From Vitrella brassicaformis CCMP3155 (taxonomy: Eukaryota; Protista; Chromerida), in NCBI GenBank assembly GCA_001179505.1, contig CDMY01000243.1, positions 434,001-498,000 of the forward strand: DNA of 64,000 nucleotides. The letters run 5' to 3'. The notes beneath the pieces are model-generated. The model worked only from the letters and a program-made list of their open reading frames with translations. It made no database searches and was not told the origin of the DNA. The translations under genes were made by a program, and so were the position numbers. This document shows positions 39,798 to 53,400 of this stretch, one piece after another (position 1 is the first letter of the stretch; every line of letters starts with the position of its first letter).

Positions 39798-42684
39798 ATG
39801 ATGTTGAAGACCGGCGTTGTGTCAGCCCTGCTGCTGCTGGGTGCATGCCTGGGCCTCCTTGGGGCTGCTGCAGAGGAGATCATAGTCGGCAAGAACATCA
39901 CAGGTAGGTGGCTGGGATGGGTGGGATACACCCAGGCGACAGCAGCAACAATGGGGCGCAGAGAAGGAGCAGCGGCGAGAGAGATATATGCACAGATCTG
40001 ATGAATGTGTGACTGACTCATCTGGGCATTTGTTGGGGGTGGCTGTGCTTGCGGTGTTGTCTTGTGTGCAGAGGATGCGCGGTGGACCGCTGACAACACC
40101 TATTTGCTGACGGAGCAGATCTACGTTAAGGAGCCGGCAGAACTCTACATCGAACCCGGTGCGCGCTTGTGTGTGCGAATCATCCATCCACCCGTCAGGC
40201 ACCAGGATGGCTGAATGCAGTGAATGCAGCTCATGATGCAGGCCTGTGTGTCTATGTGCGCGTCGATTCAGGTGTGACGGTCAAGGCTGAGACCTTCGAC
40301 AGCAGGGGGTGAGCGAGCACATGAATGACGTCGATCGACAAGAAAGACGGACTGACCGCGTGCAGTCATGTGTCTGTGGTTGTGTGTGTGTGTGTGTGTG
40401 TGTGTGTGTCAGGTACACGACGGCCCTCATCATCAACTCGGGCGCCACCATACGAGTGAGACCACACTGCGTTGCCTTACCTGCCCTACACCCATCAAAC
40501 CAAACGCGTCTGTGCATGCGCGTGCGTATGTGCCTGTCAATTGATGCATTGATGCATTCATGACACATGGATATCAATCAGGCGATGGGGACGAGGGATG
40601 CGCCGATCACCTTCTCGGCCAACCAGCCTCCCGAGGCCATGCAGAACGCCAGGGGGCTCTGGGGTGGCATCATCGTGCTGGGCCGAGCCCCCACCAACAA
40701 GGGCGCCTCGGACGCCATCGAGGGCCTCAGCAACGCCACCTTCGGCGGCACCGACCCCGACGACAGCAGCGGAGAAATCCACTACACCAGGATATGGCAC
40801 GGAGGAGCCGGTACGTCAGTCACTAGTGAGTCAGTCAGGTGCACTGCAGTGAGGTCACAAACACAAGGTCAGGTCGATCAATCAACGTGGATATGATGTG
40901 CATTCATTCCATGCATACATACATACAGAGTTGTGGCGCGCGAATGAGATCAACGGGTTGACGTTTGGTGGTGTGGGTCGCGCCACCAAGGTGGACCACG
41001 TGGAGGTGGCATTCAACTACGACGACGGTATCGAATTCTTCGGAGGCACGGTAAGTAAGGCAGGCAGGCAGGCCGGATGGAATGGGATGCGTGGTCGGGT
41101 TTACATGTCTGTCTGTCTGACTGCACTTGTGTGGGGCCGTGTGGTGTGGTGTCTTTGTACAGGTCGACCTCAAGTACGTGTCCCTGCTGTGCAATGGCGA
41201 CGACTCACTCGACGCCGATGAGGTCAACACACACACAAAAGAGACAGACGTTCTTACAGGCAGGCGGGGCATGAGGAGTATATGCGTCTCACTTATCTGT
41301 CTGTCTTTTGGTTGCCGACTCCAATACACGCATCACATCAGGGTTACCAGGGCCGCGTGCAGTATCTGCTGGTGGTGTTGTGCAAGGACATCGCCGTGGG
41401 CGACGACTCGTTGACCGACCATGCCTTCGAGATGGACAACAACGGCAAGGACTACACGGCCTCGCCCCGCTCCCACCCCATCATCAGCCACGCCACCCTG
41501 CTGGGCCCGGGGTCGAGCAAGGACGGGTGTGACAGGAAGGTCAAGCACAGCAAGATGGCCCACTTCAGGGAGGGGCTGGGCGGCACATTCGCCAACATGA
41601 TCGTCGCCCACTCGCCCGCCGGTTTCATGTTCGAACACTTCCAGGATGCCGGGGCGGCCAACTTCACCCAGGTACTCAAGTACGTATGCGTCTACGGTGG
41701 GTGCTCTACACACCTGTTTGTTCGTATGGGGCGGCCTGGCCTGGCCTGGCGTGCATTGCATGTGGGTAGGGCTTGAGTGTGAGCGGTTCCGGGAATGAGG
41801 CCTTCCCTGACTTTCTGTATTTGAGTCCGTCGAATGTGCTGTTCAACGTGGACGATGCCGTCCATTCGGAGAGCGACATCGAGCCCCCCACCATCCAGTA
41901 CATCAGCCAAGACCCACAACTCGCAAACGTACGTCTCTCTCTGTGGCACACACACGCACATGCACACGGGTAGACGGATGGACAGCCATAGATAGATAGG
42001 TACATTACATGCCGTCCCTTCGCTCCCCGTGGGTGTGGTGTGTCAATGCAATCAATCGATGCATGTCATGTGATGTGTGTCAGGTGGACCCGTGTGTGGA
42101 CGGCCGTGAGGACGCCGACCTGTTCGATCCCAGACCCGCTGCCGGGTCACCCGCATTCTCGTGAGCCACATACATACATACAAATGAATGCACCGCACCT
42201 GGTTGCTGTGCTGCACCACTCCCCACCCCAATGTGCCCGATGGTGTGTCTGTGGTTGTGCGTGTCTGGCCATCATGGGTGACTGCAGTGATTTGGACGAC
42301 ACGCTCTCTGACGATCCGTTCTTCGACAAAGTGGGCTTCAAAGGTCAGACAGACACGCCCACATGTCCTTCATGCCCTGTCCCGTGTGCACTGCATGGTT
42401 TGGTTGTTCCTCACTGCGTCGTCTTTGCTTCTTTGCTTGCTTTGTTAACACTGGCAGGTGCATTCAATAGTAGTGACCTGTGGATAGCTGGGTGGACCTG
42501 GTGGGCCGACCAAGGCAAGCTCCCACAGACTCAGCAGGAGACAGCCGCAGACGATGCCGCAGAGGGGGGTGTCACCGATGGCGAGGGCACCTCTGCTGCA
42601 ACGCCACACACGCGCCCGGCCTCTCTCATGGCGTTCATGCTCACGTCCGTTGCCCTGGTCATCGGCATGAAAGCGGTGATTTAA
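39798..42684 (+). CDS. Secreted, probably GPI-anchored beta-helix protein resembling a bacterial extracellular lipoprotein family
   Basis: 12 in-phase exons. Signal peptide MMLKTGVVSALLLLGACLGLLGAAA; then WTADNTYLL, LYIEPGVTV, AMGTRDAPITF, WGGIIVLGRAPTN, FGGTDPDDSSGEIHYTRI, NEINGLTFGGVG, DDGIEFFGGTV, DDSLDADEGYQG, GAF...WIAGWT; C-terminal GTSAA, spacer and hydrophobic tail LMAFMLTSVALVIGMKAVI*. Confidence 0.8.
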
Positions 42685-42699
42685 TGAGGGTGGGGTAGG

Positions 42700-45600
42700 G
42701 AGGGATGGATGGGAAGGGATGGAGCAGACACGAGGAAGAAACGTTTGTCGTGGCCTGCCTGCCTGGTCCGGTGTGTGTCTTGTCTTGCTGCCTTGCAAGC
42801 AATGCATTCATGAGGGTGGGAGCGTCCGTTTGATGGATGAATGAATGGGCAAACGTTTGGGAGGCAATGAGGGGCACTCATACAGACAGACAGATGTGCA
42901 TGCATCCATGCGTAAGGATGGATGGGATGCATTGCAATGCATGGAGTTTAGCCGTCCTTGTACGTATGTCTAAGCGTGTGAGTGAGGGAGTGAGTGAGTG
43001 TACCAAATTTCTGGTGGGGTGTCTTACGTCCCTGTCTTGCTGTCTGTATGTCTGCTTGTCTGCCTCCCGTTTTCTAGTCAGTCAGCCGTTGCTTGCGCAT
43101 CCATCCATCCATCGCACGGGGAGGGGCGATAGATAGAGACCAGCCATCTATCGCTTCGTACGCATGTCTATGCATCCTACCTACACACCCACTGACTGGG
43201 GATCGCAATGAATACGACCGACACGATGGGTACCGGAAGTAAGTCAAGTCCATCCACTTGTGTGTCTGGGGGGCTCGGCTTCTCTGGCTGTCTGTCTGTC
43301 TGCCTGTGTGTGTCTGTGGTGTGACTTGTTTGTGTCTGCCTATCGCATCAGTTCCACGTACCTCTATCTATCTATCGCACAAGTGATCTTTGCGTGTCGT
43401 GTCGGGGCATCAACGAGCATCGATGCATGCTGTGCTGCTTGCTGTCGGCTGGGGCGATAGATAAGATAGACCGGTGGAAGAACAGACAGACGGACAGGCA
43501 GATCGAGACGTGAGACGTCCTGTGGGAAAGAGACGAGCGAGTACTTAGTGGGTGGGTGTGGGTGTGGTTGGTTGAGTGCATATGGGCACAGGTAGATGAG
43601 CGGTGGGCGTGTGATGGGAAATGAAATGCCGACAGACCGGTGTTTTTGAGGCCGGTGTGTCGTTTTCCCCTCAAACAACAAATACCATACCGGTCGGTGG
43701 ATAGGATTGATATTCATTGGCGACCTCTTTCGTGTCCGTGGGTGGTTTCGGTGGCCTGGCCTTGACTGGCGGGAGTGGGTGGAGGGCCCCGCAGACAGAG
43801 TGCCCGACCCGCCTGCCACAAAAGCTCATGAATGAATGAATGAATGAATGGGGGAACAGAGAGAGAGAGTATTTCTTACATGTACGCCACGCTATGCTGT
43901 GCTCTGTTTTGTGTGTGTGTGGCTCTAGTCGTTGCATGACATGACATACGCACGCCCGTTGCCCCTCGATTGCACCCCCCGCACACCCGTCAGTCAGTCA
44001 TTATAATGCACCCACTTCTGCGTGTATGTCTGTGTGTGTGTGTATCCCTTTTCCCGCTGTGGGCCACAGCACAGCGTGCATTCATCCCACCCATCTGTGT
44101 GCAGCTCAGCTGCTGGCCTGCCTGCCAACGGTCGCTCTATTGCTTGCTCCACGAGTGTGGGAGATTGGTTGATTGACACACTCACCCACCCACCTGTCTG
44201 TGTGTGTGTGTGTGCTATCGTACTTTTATCTGTAAGTGTGGCGCCTCCGTTTTGATACTTCCGTCAGTCTTTTGATCGAGGACGTTTTGCCGGACAGACG
44301 AGGAGGCGAGGAAGGGGTGGCGAGCTTGGTGAGTGATACCGCTGCCTGATGGTTGTTCGTTGTGTGTGTGATCGATCATTAATGATAAGTATACTACGGT
44401 GATTTTCTCGGCTGCCTGCCTGCCTGCCTGCCTGAAGTAGGAAAGTGTGTCGTGTCAACCAACGGATATGAGAGAGCAGATGCCACGGCACGGTAGGTTA
44501 TTCATTGGTCCATCGATCGTTTCGGACATTGCATTGCACGAGGACGTGACAGTGTGTCAGTCAATCAATCAACGCAGTGGACGGCCCTTATCAAATCATT
44601 CTCACGGTCACCTCTCAGGTCGTCTCGTCTCGTCCACACCACACTTGTTTCTACCGTGAAGCTAGTAAGACACCCCAAGACACGCAGAGCTCGCTCCGCA
44701 AATGCTTTCACTGACGTACGGATGCACGGACGGATGCACTAGCTAGCGAGGGGGTGGGGTACTGTATGGGGGGCACGTATAAATGACTGAGATCGGTCGG
44801 ACTCATGCACACAACACACATGAGTGCGCTCACTCATGATGCATGGCCACACACACACGTGATGACTGACATGAATGAATGCACCGGTGGGTGGAATTGT
44901 GGGTGGGAGCCATCAAAAATGGGCGCCGACCGCCTGGATCCGATCCATGCGATGCACTCACGTACTCACACACACACACACACACTCGTTGGTTCCCTCT
45001 CAGTCGGTTGGTTGGTTTTTTCATTCAAACGCACCCACACGAACACTGCCGGCACAGACAGACGAGACGAGACAACACATACATACCTCACGAGGTGGGG
45101 GGNNNNNNNNNNNNNNNNNNNNNNNNNNNNNNNNNNNNNNNNNNNNNNNNNNNNNNNNNNNNNNNNNNNNNNNNNNNNNNNNNNNNNNNNNNNNNNNNNN
45201 NNNNNNNNNNNNNNNNNNNNNNNNNNNNNNNNNNNNNNNNNNNNNNNNNNNNNNNNNNNNNNNNNNNNNNNNNNNNNNNNNNNNNNNNNNNNNNNNNNNN
45301 NNNNNNNNNNNNNNNNNNNNNNNNNNNNNNNNNNNNNNNNNNNNNNNNNNNNNNNNNNNNNNNNNNNNNNNNNNNNNNNNNNNNNNNNNNNNNNNNNNNN
45401 NNGGGGAGCTAGCCATCGAAGTGCTTTAGAGGACCACAAATTGCAAGTAAGACGTATCTATCTATCCACTGCAGACCGGACAGCAAGTCAGACAGGCACA
45501 CAGCAGGCAGGCAGGCCACTCACTCAGTACAAGGAGGGAGGGAGACAGATGTGTGTGGGTTGGTTCACTAGCCGCCAAAGAGATAGATGGATGGATGGAT

Positions 45601-47450
45601 GGAGTGATGCAGTGATGCCGTCTGTCTGCATTATGTATGCATGCATGCATGTATGTGTATGTATGTATGTATGTATGCGATAGATGGAGCGATCAGATCC
45701 CTCCCCCCACACTACAAGACAAAACAACACAACACACGACACGACAAGACAAGACACGACAACAAATTACACATCAACACGCACTCCAAGCCCCAGTTAG
45801 TTAGTTATCAACGTACGTACAAAAGCAGACAGACGACCAAAAGAAGCAAGGAAGGAAGCCAGCCGGACAGCCAGGTATGTACCTAGTGAACCAACTTGTC
45901 CATGCCATGCAAACGAAAATCAAGCATCCATCCACCCGAATGAATGCTATGTCCATCCCTCCCTCCCTCCCTCCCTTGGTCCGTCGTGTGTCGAGTCCAT
46001 CAGGGTGCATACATACATACATACATACATAGGTACGTCCATGCGGACTCTCGTATTGAGAATACATGCACGCACCTGCACACCCGATACGATCGATACA
46101 CACCACACCACACGACCGCCGGCAAAGGGGGCCCCACCCGCCCACCCACTAAAGACAGACACACACAACCCCCAAAACACGGCGTATGCATGCACATCCA
46201 CCCACCCACCCATGCCATACACGTGCACACATGACGATAAAACAACCGTCCCATCAACCAGCCAACCAACAATGACCAACGAATCAATCAATCGATGAGG
46301 CATGGGCGGGTGAGTGCATAAATAAAACACAACCATTACAGAGAGAGGTAACTTGCCTATAGCCGTCAGTCACACCACACACACCACACCCATGGATGGA
46401 CGGATGGATGTACAGAAAAAGACACACACACATCAAGAGATCAAGAGATCAAGACAGACAGACAGACAGACATCCAAGCGAACGAGGGAGGAGATGGGCA
46501 GACCGGCAGGTAGACAGGCAGACAGATAGATAGGCAGATGGAGGGGCATGGAGGGGCAGGAAGTAAGCGAGTTACTTACTGCGTTACCTACACTTGTGCA
46601 GGGAGGGCACACAGACAGACGCACGTACCGTACAGGCCCAGACATGCAGACAGACAGACAGACAGACATGTGAGTGAGTGTGTAGCTAGGTCCACGCATC
46701 CACTCACTCCACTAACTCACCCCTCTACCCCCATGGATGTATATGCACTCACTGCACGGGTGTACTGAGTGCGAGTGCGATGGATGGAAACGGACGGAGT
46801 GGTCCATGTCCTGTGCTGTGCTGGCTTGATGAATGAATGAATGAATGGATGAATAAAGCACACACAACGTATACCGATACGTATACACACATAGATAGCA
46901 TAGCTTGATGTGTGTATGTGTATTGGTATGTGTTATGTGAGTAGATGAGATGGAGTCGGCAGGCAGGCACTCACTCACAAGCAGCGGGGGGGCTCGGTTC
47001 CACCACTCATGGCATGTCACACTGACTGAGGGCACACACACACACAAAGAAAGACATAGATAGGCAGAGAGTGAGTGACATTGACTAGAGGATGGGAGGG
47101 AGGAGAAAGCACTAACTAGTCTGTTCGTGTGTTCACGAACCCACTCACACACAGTGGACTTGCCTAACGCGTTGGTATGAGTACAAATGCATGGGCTTCT
47201 TTATACGTACGTACTTGAGGAAGGCAGCCAACGCGCCAGGACTCAGTTTCGCCAGTTGCAGCACAAGTAGACTACCTCACTCACGGGGCTGCACACACAC
47301 ACAGTACGGACACGGACACACAGACAGACAGACCGACAGACGGACGGATGCACTCACTCACTCACTCACGGAGAGAGCAGCGAGAGGCCCCATAGCACGT
47401 CAGTCCCCTCACTAACTCACTAACTGAAGCACACCCCTCTCTCCTCTCTC
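42700..47450. repeat. Microsatellite-dense, apparently non-coding region
   Basis: Dense (GACA)n, (CA)n, (TATG)n, (GGAT)n and (GAAT)n tracts. The ORFs here are low-complexity translations with no coding codon bias. Confidence 0.7.
45103..45402. other. Assembly gap (300 N)
   Basis: A run of 300 N. Confidence 1.
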
Positions 47451-47485
47451 CCTCCCTCTGTTTCCCTCTCTCCCTTTCTGCTTGC

Positions 47486-50400
47486 TTACATGTCCTTGTT
47501 GCCTATGTCCCCCCTCTGTGTGGCCATGTGCAGTGCCCGCGACCTCGGGGTCAGGTCACCATGCGCCTCCTCAGGAATTGCAAGCACACCGCTGCTGTTG
47601 GTACCCTCTGAAGACCCCTGCCGCGTCAACCAAGACGACTGGACCCCCACAGCCGCCATGCCCAATGCAGGCTCGGAATTGGCGCTGTTTGGCGGGACGG
47701 TGGTAGTGGCGCGGCTGCCTACTTCACCCTCGTCAAGCACACGCGAGAATATGTCCAACTTGTGCTTGCGGAGCAGCTCCGACAGCTTGGTTGTGGTCGC
47801 GCCAGTGGCAGTGGCCGTGGCGTGCAGTGGTTCCTCGTCTGTCGCCCTGTCGTTGGTGCCATCGGGAGGCGTCTTGGACAGGGTGGTGGGCGTGTTGGTG
47901 TCCAAGGGTGTCATGTTGTCGGCGTCCGTGGGGTCCAGCTGCTCGGTGGTGAGCGTGGGGGCGGCCTCGTAGGCCTTGTTGGGGTTGGCGCGGCGCCGCC
48001 GGCCGCAGCAGCCGCCATTGAGAAACCAACTGGTGACTGCCTGCCATATGCACTTGCGGATGCCGACCACGGCGTGGAACATCTTGCTCTTGGCCCGCTT
48101 GGGGAATTGCAACTCCACGTCGAGACCCAAACCGCTGGCCGCACCTGCACGTGGACACCAACAGGTGCAGTGCAGGCGTTGGTTGCATGCATCGACTGCC
48201 TCGTGTGCGTGGGTGGTGCTTGCCTTGCCTTTCGCACGTCTGTGTGTGTGGGTCTGTGTGTTGCTCACTGTGTTTGAGGACTTGTGTGTGCATGTTTTGC
48301 TGTCTGGAGAGTATCTGTGAGACCATCTCCTCGTCGTCCAGCAGCGCCACGTGCAAATCCTCAACCTGACAACAAACATCAATCAAACAACACAAGACAT
48401 CGGCCGGCCTCCCTCCCCCCCTCCCTCTGATGTCCTTGTCTTACTAACCGTCATGCCCAGCTGTAGTGCCTCTGATCGAGCGTCCCTCGCGAGCCGGTCG
48501 AAGGCCTGACGGATGCCCACTATCAGACGAACCTGCACACATACACACAGGGAGGGAGGGAGGGATGGATGTGGTGTTGGTTGGCTCTCTCTGATCACAT
48601 CATGTGTGCCTATCTATCTATGTAACATACCTTTTGTATGGCACATCTCCACCGCACCCGCGGGTGCTTCTTGAAGGCCGCCTCCGCATCAGCCGGGGTG
48701 CCACTCCCGCTCACACTCAGCAGCCCGGCTGACGTCTTGCTGCTCTTCCATACCTTGCGGAATAGGCTCACTGCAGACTCGCTGCCCGTCGAGGGGCGGC
48801 CGCTCGCAATGCTTGACGTGTTGGATGGCAGACGGAAGAACGAATGCAGCTTCTTGACGCTACGCCCACGGGGGAGGGCCGCAGGGTCGTTACTGCCGTC
48901 GGCAGTCTTGCTCAGGTCATCCTCCCCGGCCTCCTTCTTGTCTGCCGCAATAGGCGCAGCAGGAGGTGTATTGTCCTGTTCATCGGCGCTCTCGATTCCG
49001 CTGCTGCGGTTGCTGTCGTGTGTGGTGGTCCGCTCCAGCACCGCACCAGCGGGCGGGGGCGGCAAAAGGAGCTTGCCGGTGCCCCCATCACCCACACTAC
49101 CATCGCCATCGGCCGTCGCGTTGTCTCGCCTGGATGTGGCGTCGAGATCCTCCTCCTCAATGCTCTCGAGGTTGCTCTGGTTGGTCTCCTTGCGCAGCAG
49201 GGACCTCGGCGCCGTTGCAGGTGGTGGGTCCTCAGCCTCACCGTCGGATTGGCCCCTAACCGAGTGATCGGTGTCGCTCTCCTCCCCGCCCACGGCACTC
49301 TCGAGCAGCCCACAGGTGCCGGCGGCACTACTCTGGTTGGTACCCATACGTGAGAGGGGCTCTTGGGTGGTCAGCGAACGGTCGCCAGCCAGAGGGGGCG
49401 ACAGCAGCTTCTCACTCATGGTTGCAATCCCCTTGCCACCATCATGGAGGTCCAGGGCGGCCGAGATACCCCCGACACCACCAACACCCGTCGCCCTTGA
49501 ATCGCCCCCTTCCCGTCTCTCAAACGCATCGGGGCTGAGGCTTCTGCCCCGCCTGAAGGCACTCAGTGCCCGCACGGCCGTGGCCACTGATCGGAACCGC
49601 CGGAGTGCGTCGGATGGAGGGTCCATAGCTGTGCTGCTGGCCTCCCGTGAGGGCGGACTGTTTTCTCGTGTGAGGCTGTTGGACCTGCCCTGCAGGCTTC
49701 CGGGTGTGGATGTCCTCCTGAGGATGTCGCTGGCCTGCCGGATGAAGGCTGGGGTGGAGGGGGTCCGCTGCACCGTGGAGGAAGAGTTGGTGGCGGACCC
49801 GCGTGTGCCAAACCGCTTGCTCTTCTTCTTGACCATCGCAGCCTTCCTGCTGCTGATCACTATCCCCTGCAAGTAGATGCAAACAGACAGCCACACGGGG
49901 TGGGCGGCTGGCTGGATGGTCAAACCACACCGATCCCATGCTAACTAAGGTGCGTGCTTACCTTGAGCATTCGGATGCCGACAGGTTCCCTGCTGGTGCC
50001 TGCCAGCAGCAGGTTGGGGTCGATGCGTTTGATCTCCTCTCTGGCCTCGGCCAGCTGCTTCTGTGTGGCCTGGCGGTGGAAGACCCGCACGATGGCCTCG
50101 TGGACGAAGAACACGTCGAAGTAGGCCACCGCCTTGTGCAGCTGCGGCGCTACCGCCTCCTGAACTACCTCCTTGACGAAATCCCTGACACACGATCAAC
50201 GAGACAAGGGACACCAGTTCCACAATCCATATGCTCTCATGCCATGCGTGGCGTCGTATGGGTGTCAGTCATTCACTGACTTTTCTCTTTCTGAGAGTCG
50301 TGAGATGTCGAGCAGCTCGCCCCTGGCGCCCTCTCCCTTGCGCAGGTAAATCTTGCCCTGGTCCAGCATGACGATTGACCGGATCACCTTGGGCACCGGC

Positions 50401-53400
50401 GGCGGCCAGATGTACTTGGTGCACCAACCCGACACACGACGGCCGAATGACGACTGGTGCTTCCCTCCGTGGGGCTCCTTGCCGTCCTCTTCATTGCTGT
50501 CACCAGCCCCTTCCTCTTGTTGCTTGAGGTTATCGAGGGCCTTTGTCCGTGTGTCCATCCAGGCCTTGATGTAGGACCGGCAGAACCACAGCAGCGCCCG
50601 CACCACAAACACACCCTGCAGGCAGGCATATGGGGGGATCAAGACAGAAATGTATGTATGTATGCGGACGAAGAGAGAGAGAAGGGCGGGTGGGTGGGTG
50701 TTGACATACGTACGTGGAACACGATGATGAATATGACGACGGCGTACTCGGCACCCATCTCCAGCACACTCGACTCGGCATTCAAACTCTCCTGTGTACC
50801 GCATCCATCGCACACACACAACACAACACAGCGGGATTCAATGAATGCGTATGAGCTGCCAGTGAATCAGCCAGCGGCCATCCACCCACCCATCCCTACC
50901 AGCACGGGTACACAGAGTAGTGTGAGGAGGTATGCCCAGAGTGCGTGTGCCTCCAGCGAGTCGCACACCTTGAACGCCCTGTTGTCGTACGGCTCATAAC
51001 ACGCTAGAAACACATGGATGACACACACCCCACGTTGTCCATTTCTGAATCGCCCCTGAGTCTCCCTCCCTCTGTCTGTCCGTCTCTTGCTCACCGTTAA
51101 GGAAGAGTGACACGACGGCCAGCAGAAGGAAGACGATCAGCTGATGTGTGGAGTTGACGAACGGCAGGGCCTCGGGCAAGTCGACCATCACACGACGAAA
51201 CATCGCCCACGCCTCCCCTTATATATATGACACACACATGTCATGACACACACAACAAAGCCGTGTCAGCCAATAGTGTTTGTGTGCGTGGTGCCTGAGG
51301 CTCACTTACACCAGTAGAACTGTGGTTCATATCCGCTGTAGAGGAATCCATATCGCTTCTTGACGTTTTCCTCGTGGAGTCTGTGTCGTATGCGCCACAT
51401 GACGACCACGACGAGGAGGGGCAGGCCGAGGGTCCACAGCAGCACCCCAGCCACCGACAGCCAGTACCAGGGCATGTGGTCGCCCTCACACACCACACTC
51501 GGGGCGGCATCCACTCGCGGACGGTCTATCGTGATGCAATTCATGTTGATCACAAATTGCTGAACAAACCAACAAACCAAACAAACGACAAATGAATGAA
51601 TGGGCGGGCACTGTATTGTTGCTGTTTGTCTGTCTATTGTCCGTCGGCTTGGCTTGGCTTCCCTCTGTCTTCTCTCTTTTTAGCCTACACACCCCAGCCC
51701 ACCTTGGTCATGAGAGGGTGGAGCAGTACGATGAGTACGACAATACATGAGGTGGCCTTCTGGCCGACCTCAGCCCAGAAACTCTGCTCCTCATCCTCCT
51801 TGCCACGCAAAAAGTTCTGCAGCCGACCCAAATACACGTTGTTGGTCTGATCCTGCTGATCACCCCCACGACCACTAGCACCCTCCAATGCAGTACCACC
51901 AGCACCCCCGCCACCGCTGCCACTGCCGGCTGCCGCTCCTGCTGCTCCTGCTGTCGGCTGCGACTCTGTCTTGGGCCGTCTCTTGCGGGAGACCCAGACC
52001 TTGGCAGCGTAGAAGCCCGTGATGACCATGACAGTGGCTGGGGGGAAGAGGAACGCGAGTATGCAGAGGACGTGTATCGCGGGCATCGAGACGACGGCGC
52101 ACTCGAGGCCGACGAAGTTGAGAAGCGGATTCGTGAGCGACTCAAGGTACATGATGAAGGACGAGATCGACTGGACGCTCTGCAGACTCACCACCTCCAT
52201 CGCCATCCCCACAGCTGGACCGCTGCAACCAACAAATGCAATCAATCCAATGCAGACAGACAGACAGGGAGGGAGGGAGGAAGGAAAACAAAAACACACG
52301 ACATTCATTCGTTTAGCCATGGCAGTCAGTCAGTCAGTCAGTCAGGGGGGAGGGGATCTCACTCGGTCACTCACTGACCATATCTCAAACCACGTCTGGG
52401 CGATTTTGAATATGGATCCCTGAACGCCCACCGACTCAGCGCCGTCGATGAGTGTCCACCTCATGAGGAAGGCCGCCATCCCGAAGCACACCCCGAGGAT
52501 GAGGCCCAGCTTGACCCACGCCCACCAGGGATCCTCACACTCGCGACACGGACCGTAGTGCAGAAACGGATCCGCAAACCCATCCCTACACACAGACAAG
52601 ACAGACAGCCAGTACTGCAGTACACCACTAACCTGCGTGTGTGTACGTCTGTGTGTGTGTGTGCCTCCCCTCCCTCTCTCTCTTGTGTTAGTTAACACGA
52701 CCGACTCACTGGCATGTGAGGCAGAGGTCGCCGGTGGATCCCTTCTGGCACACATTCTCCCCCAAGCACCGCTCCTCGTCGGGGCACTGCAGGAACGTGT
52801 ACAGCTTGGACGACTGCGCGTACACGTCAAAGTCAGCCTGGTCGTTGGCAGACGGACCACCACCACCACCTGCCGCTGACGCATTGCCCGAAGCCGATGG
52901 TGCTGCTGCTCCTGACGGTGATGACGAGACGGCAGATTTGCCAGCCATGGGTGGGGCTGGCGTGCCGCTTCGCTGTTCGTTCCCCTGCCAGTCACCGGGT
53001 GCGAGGAAGGTTGTGAACCGATGGTAGCCGGAGAGGGCCACCGGGTTAGCTCGCTGCTCGGGCAACGTGCAGTTGGCACCAATTGGACACTGTAATCCAT
53101 GTTATCAATCACCCACACGGACAGACAAGAGGTATGTGCAGGCGGTGCTGTGCTGTGTCCAGATGCCTTGGCTGGCTGGCTGGGCTGACCATGGTGCAAG
53201 TGGACGCCGCGGCCTCCTCTGCGATTGTGCCCTCAGGGCACTCGGAACACTTGGCGGACGACATGAACGCTGCGAAAAAACCAGGCCTGACACACGTGAC
53301 ACATAAACACACACACACATGACACATTGCAGTGTGTCTGTGGCTGCCCCCCTCCCCTCCCCTCCCCTCCCCTCCCCCCCGCCCAACTGACTCACTCGCA

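Noticed and set aside
39798-42684. Bacterial contamination as the source of the beta-helix gene
   Set aside because: It has 11 spliceosomal introns with host-type microsatellites and is contiguous with eukaryotic genes.
44805-45683. ORFs containing long X runs
   Set aside because: These are artefacts of translating through the 300-N gap.
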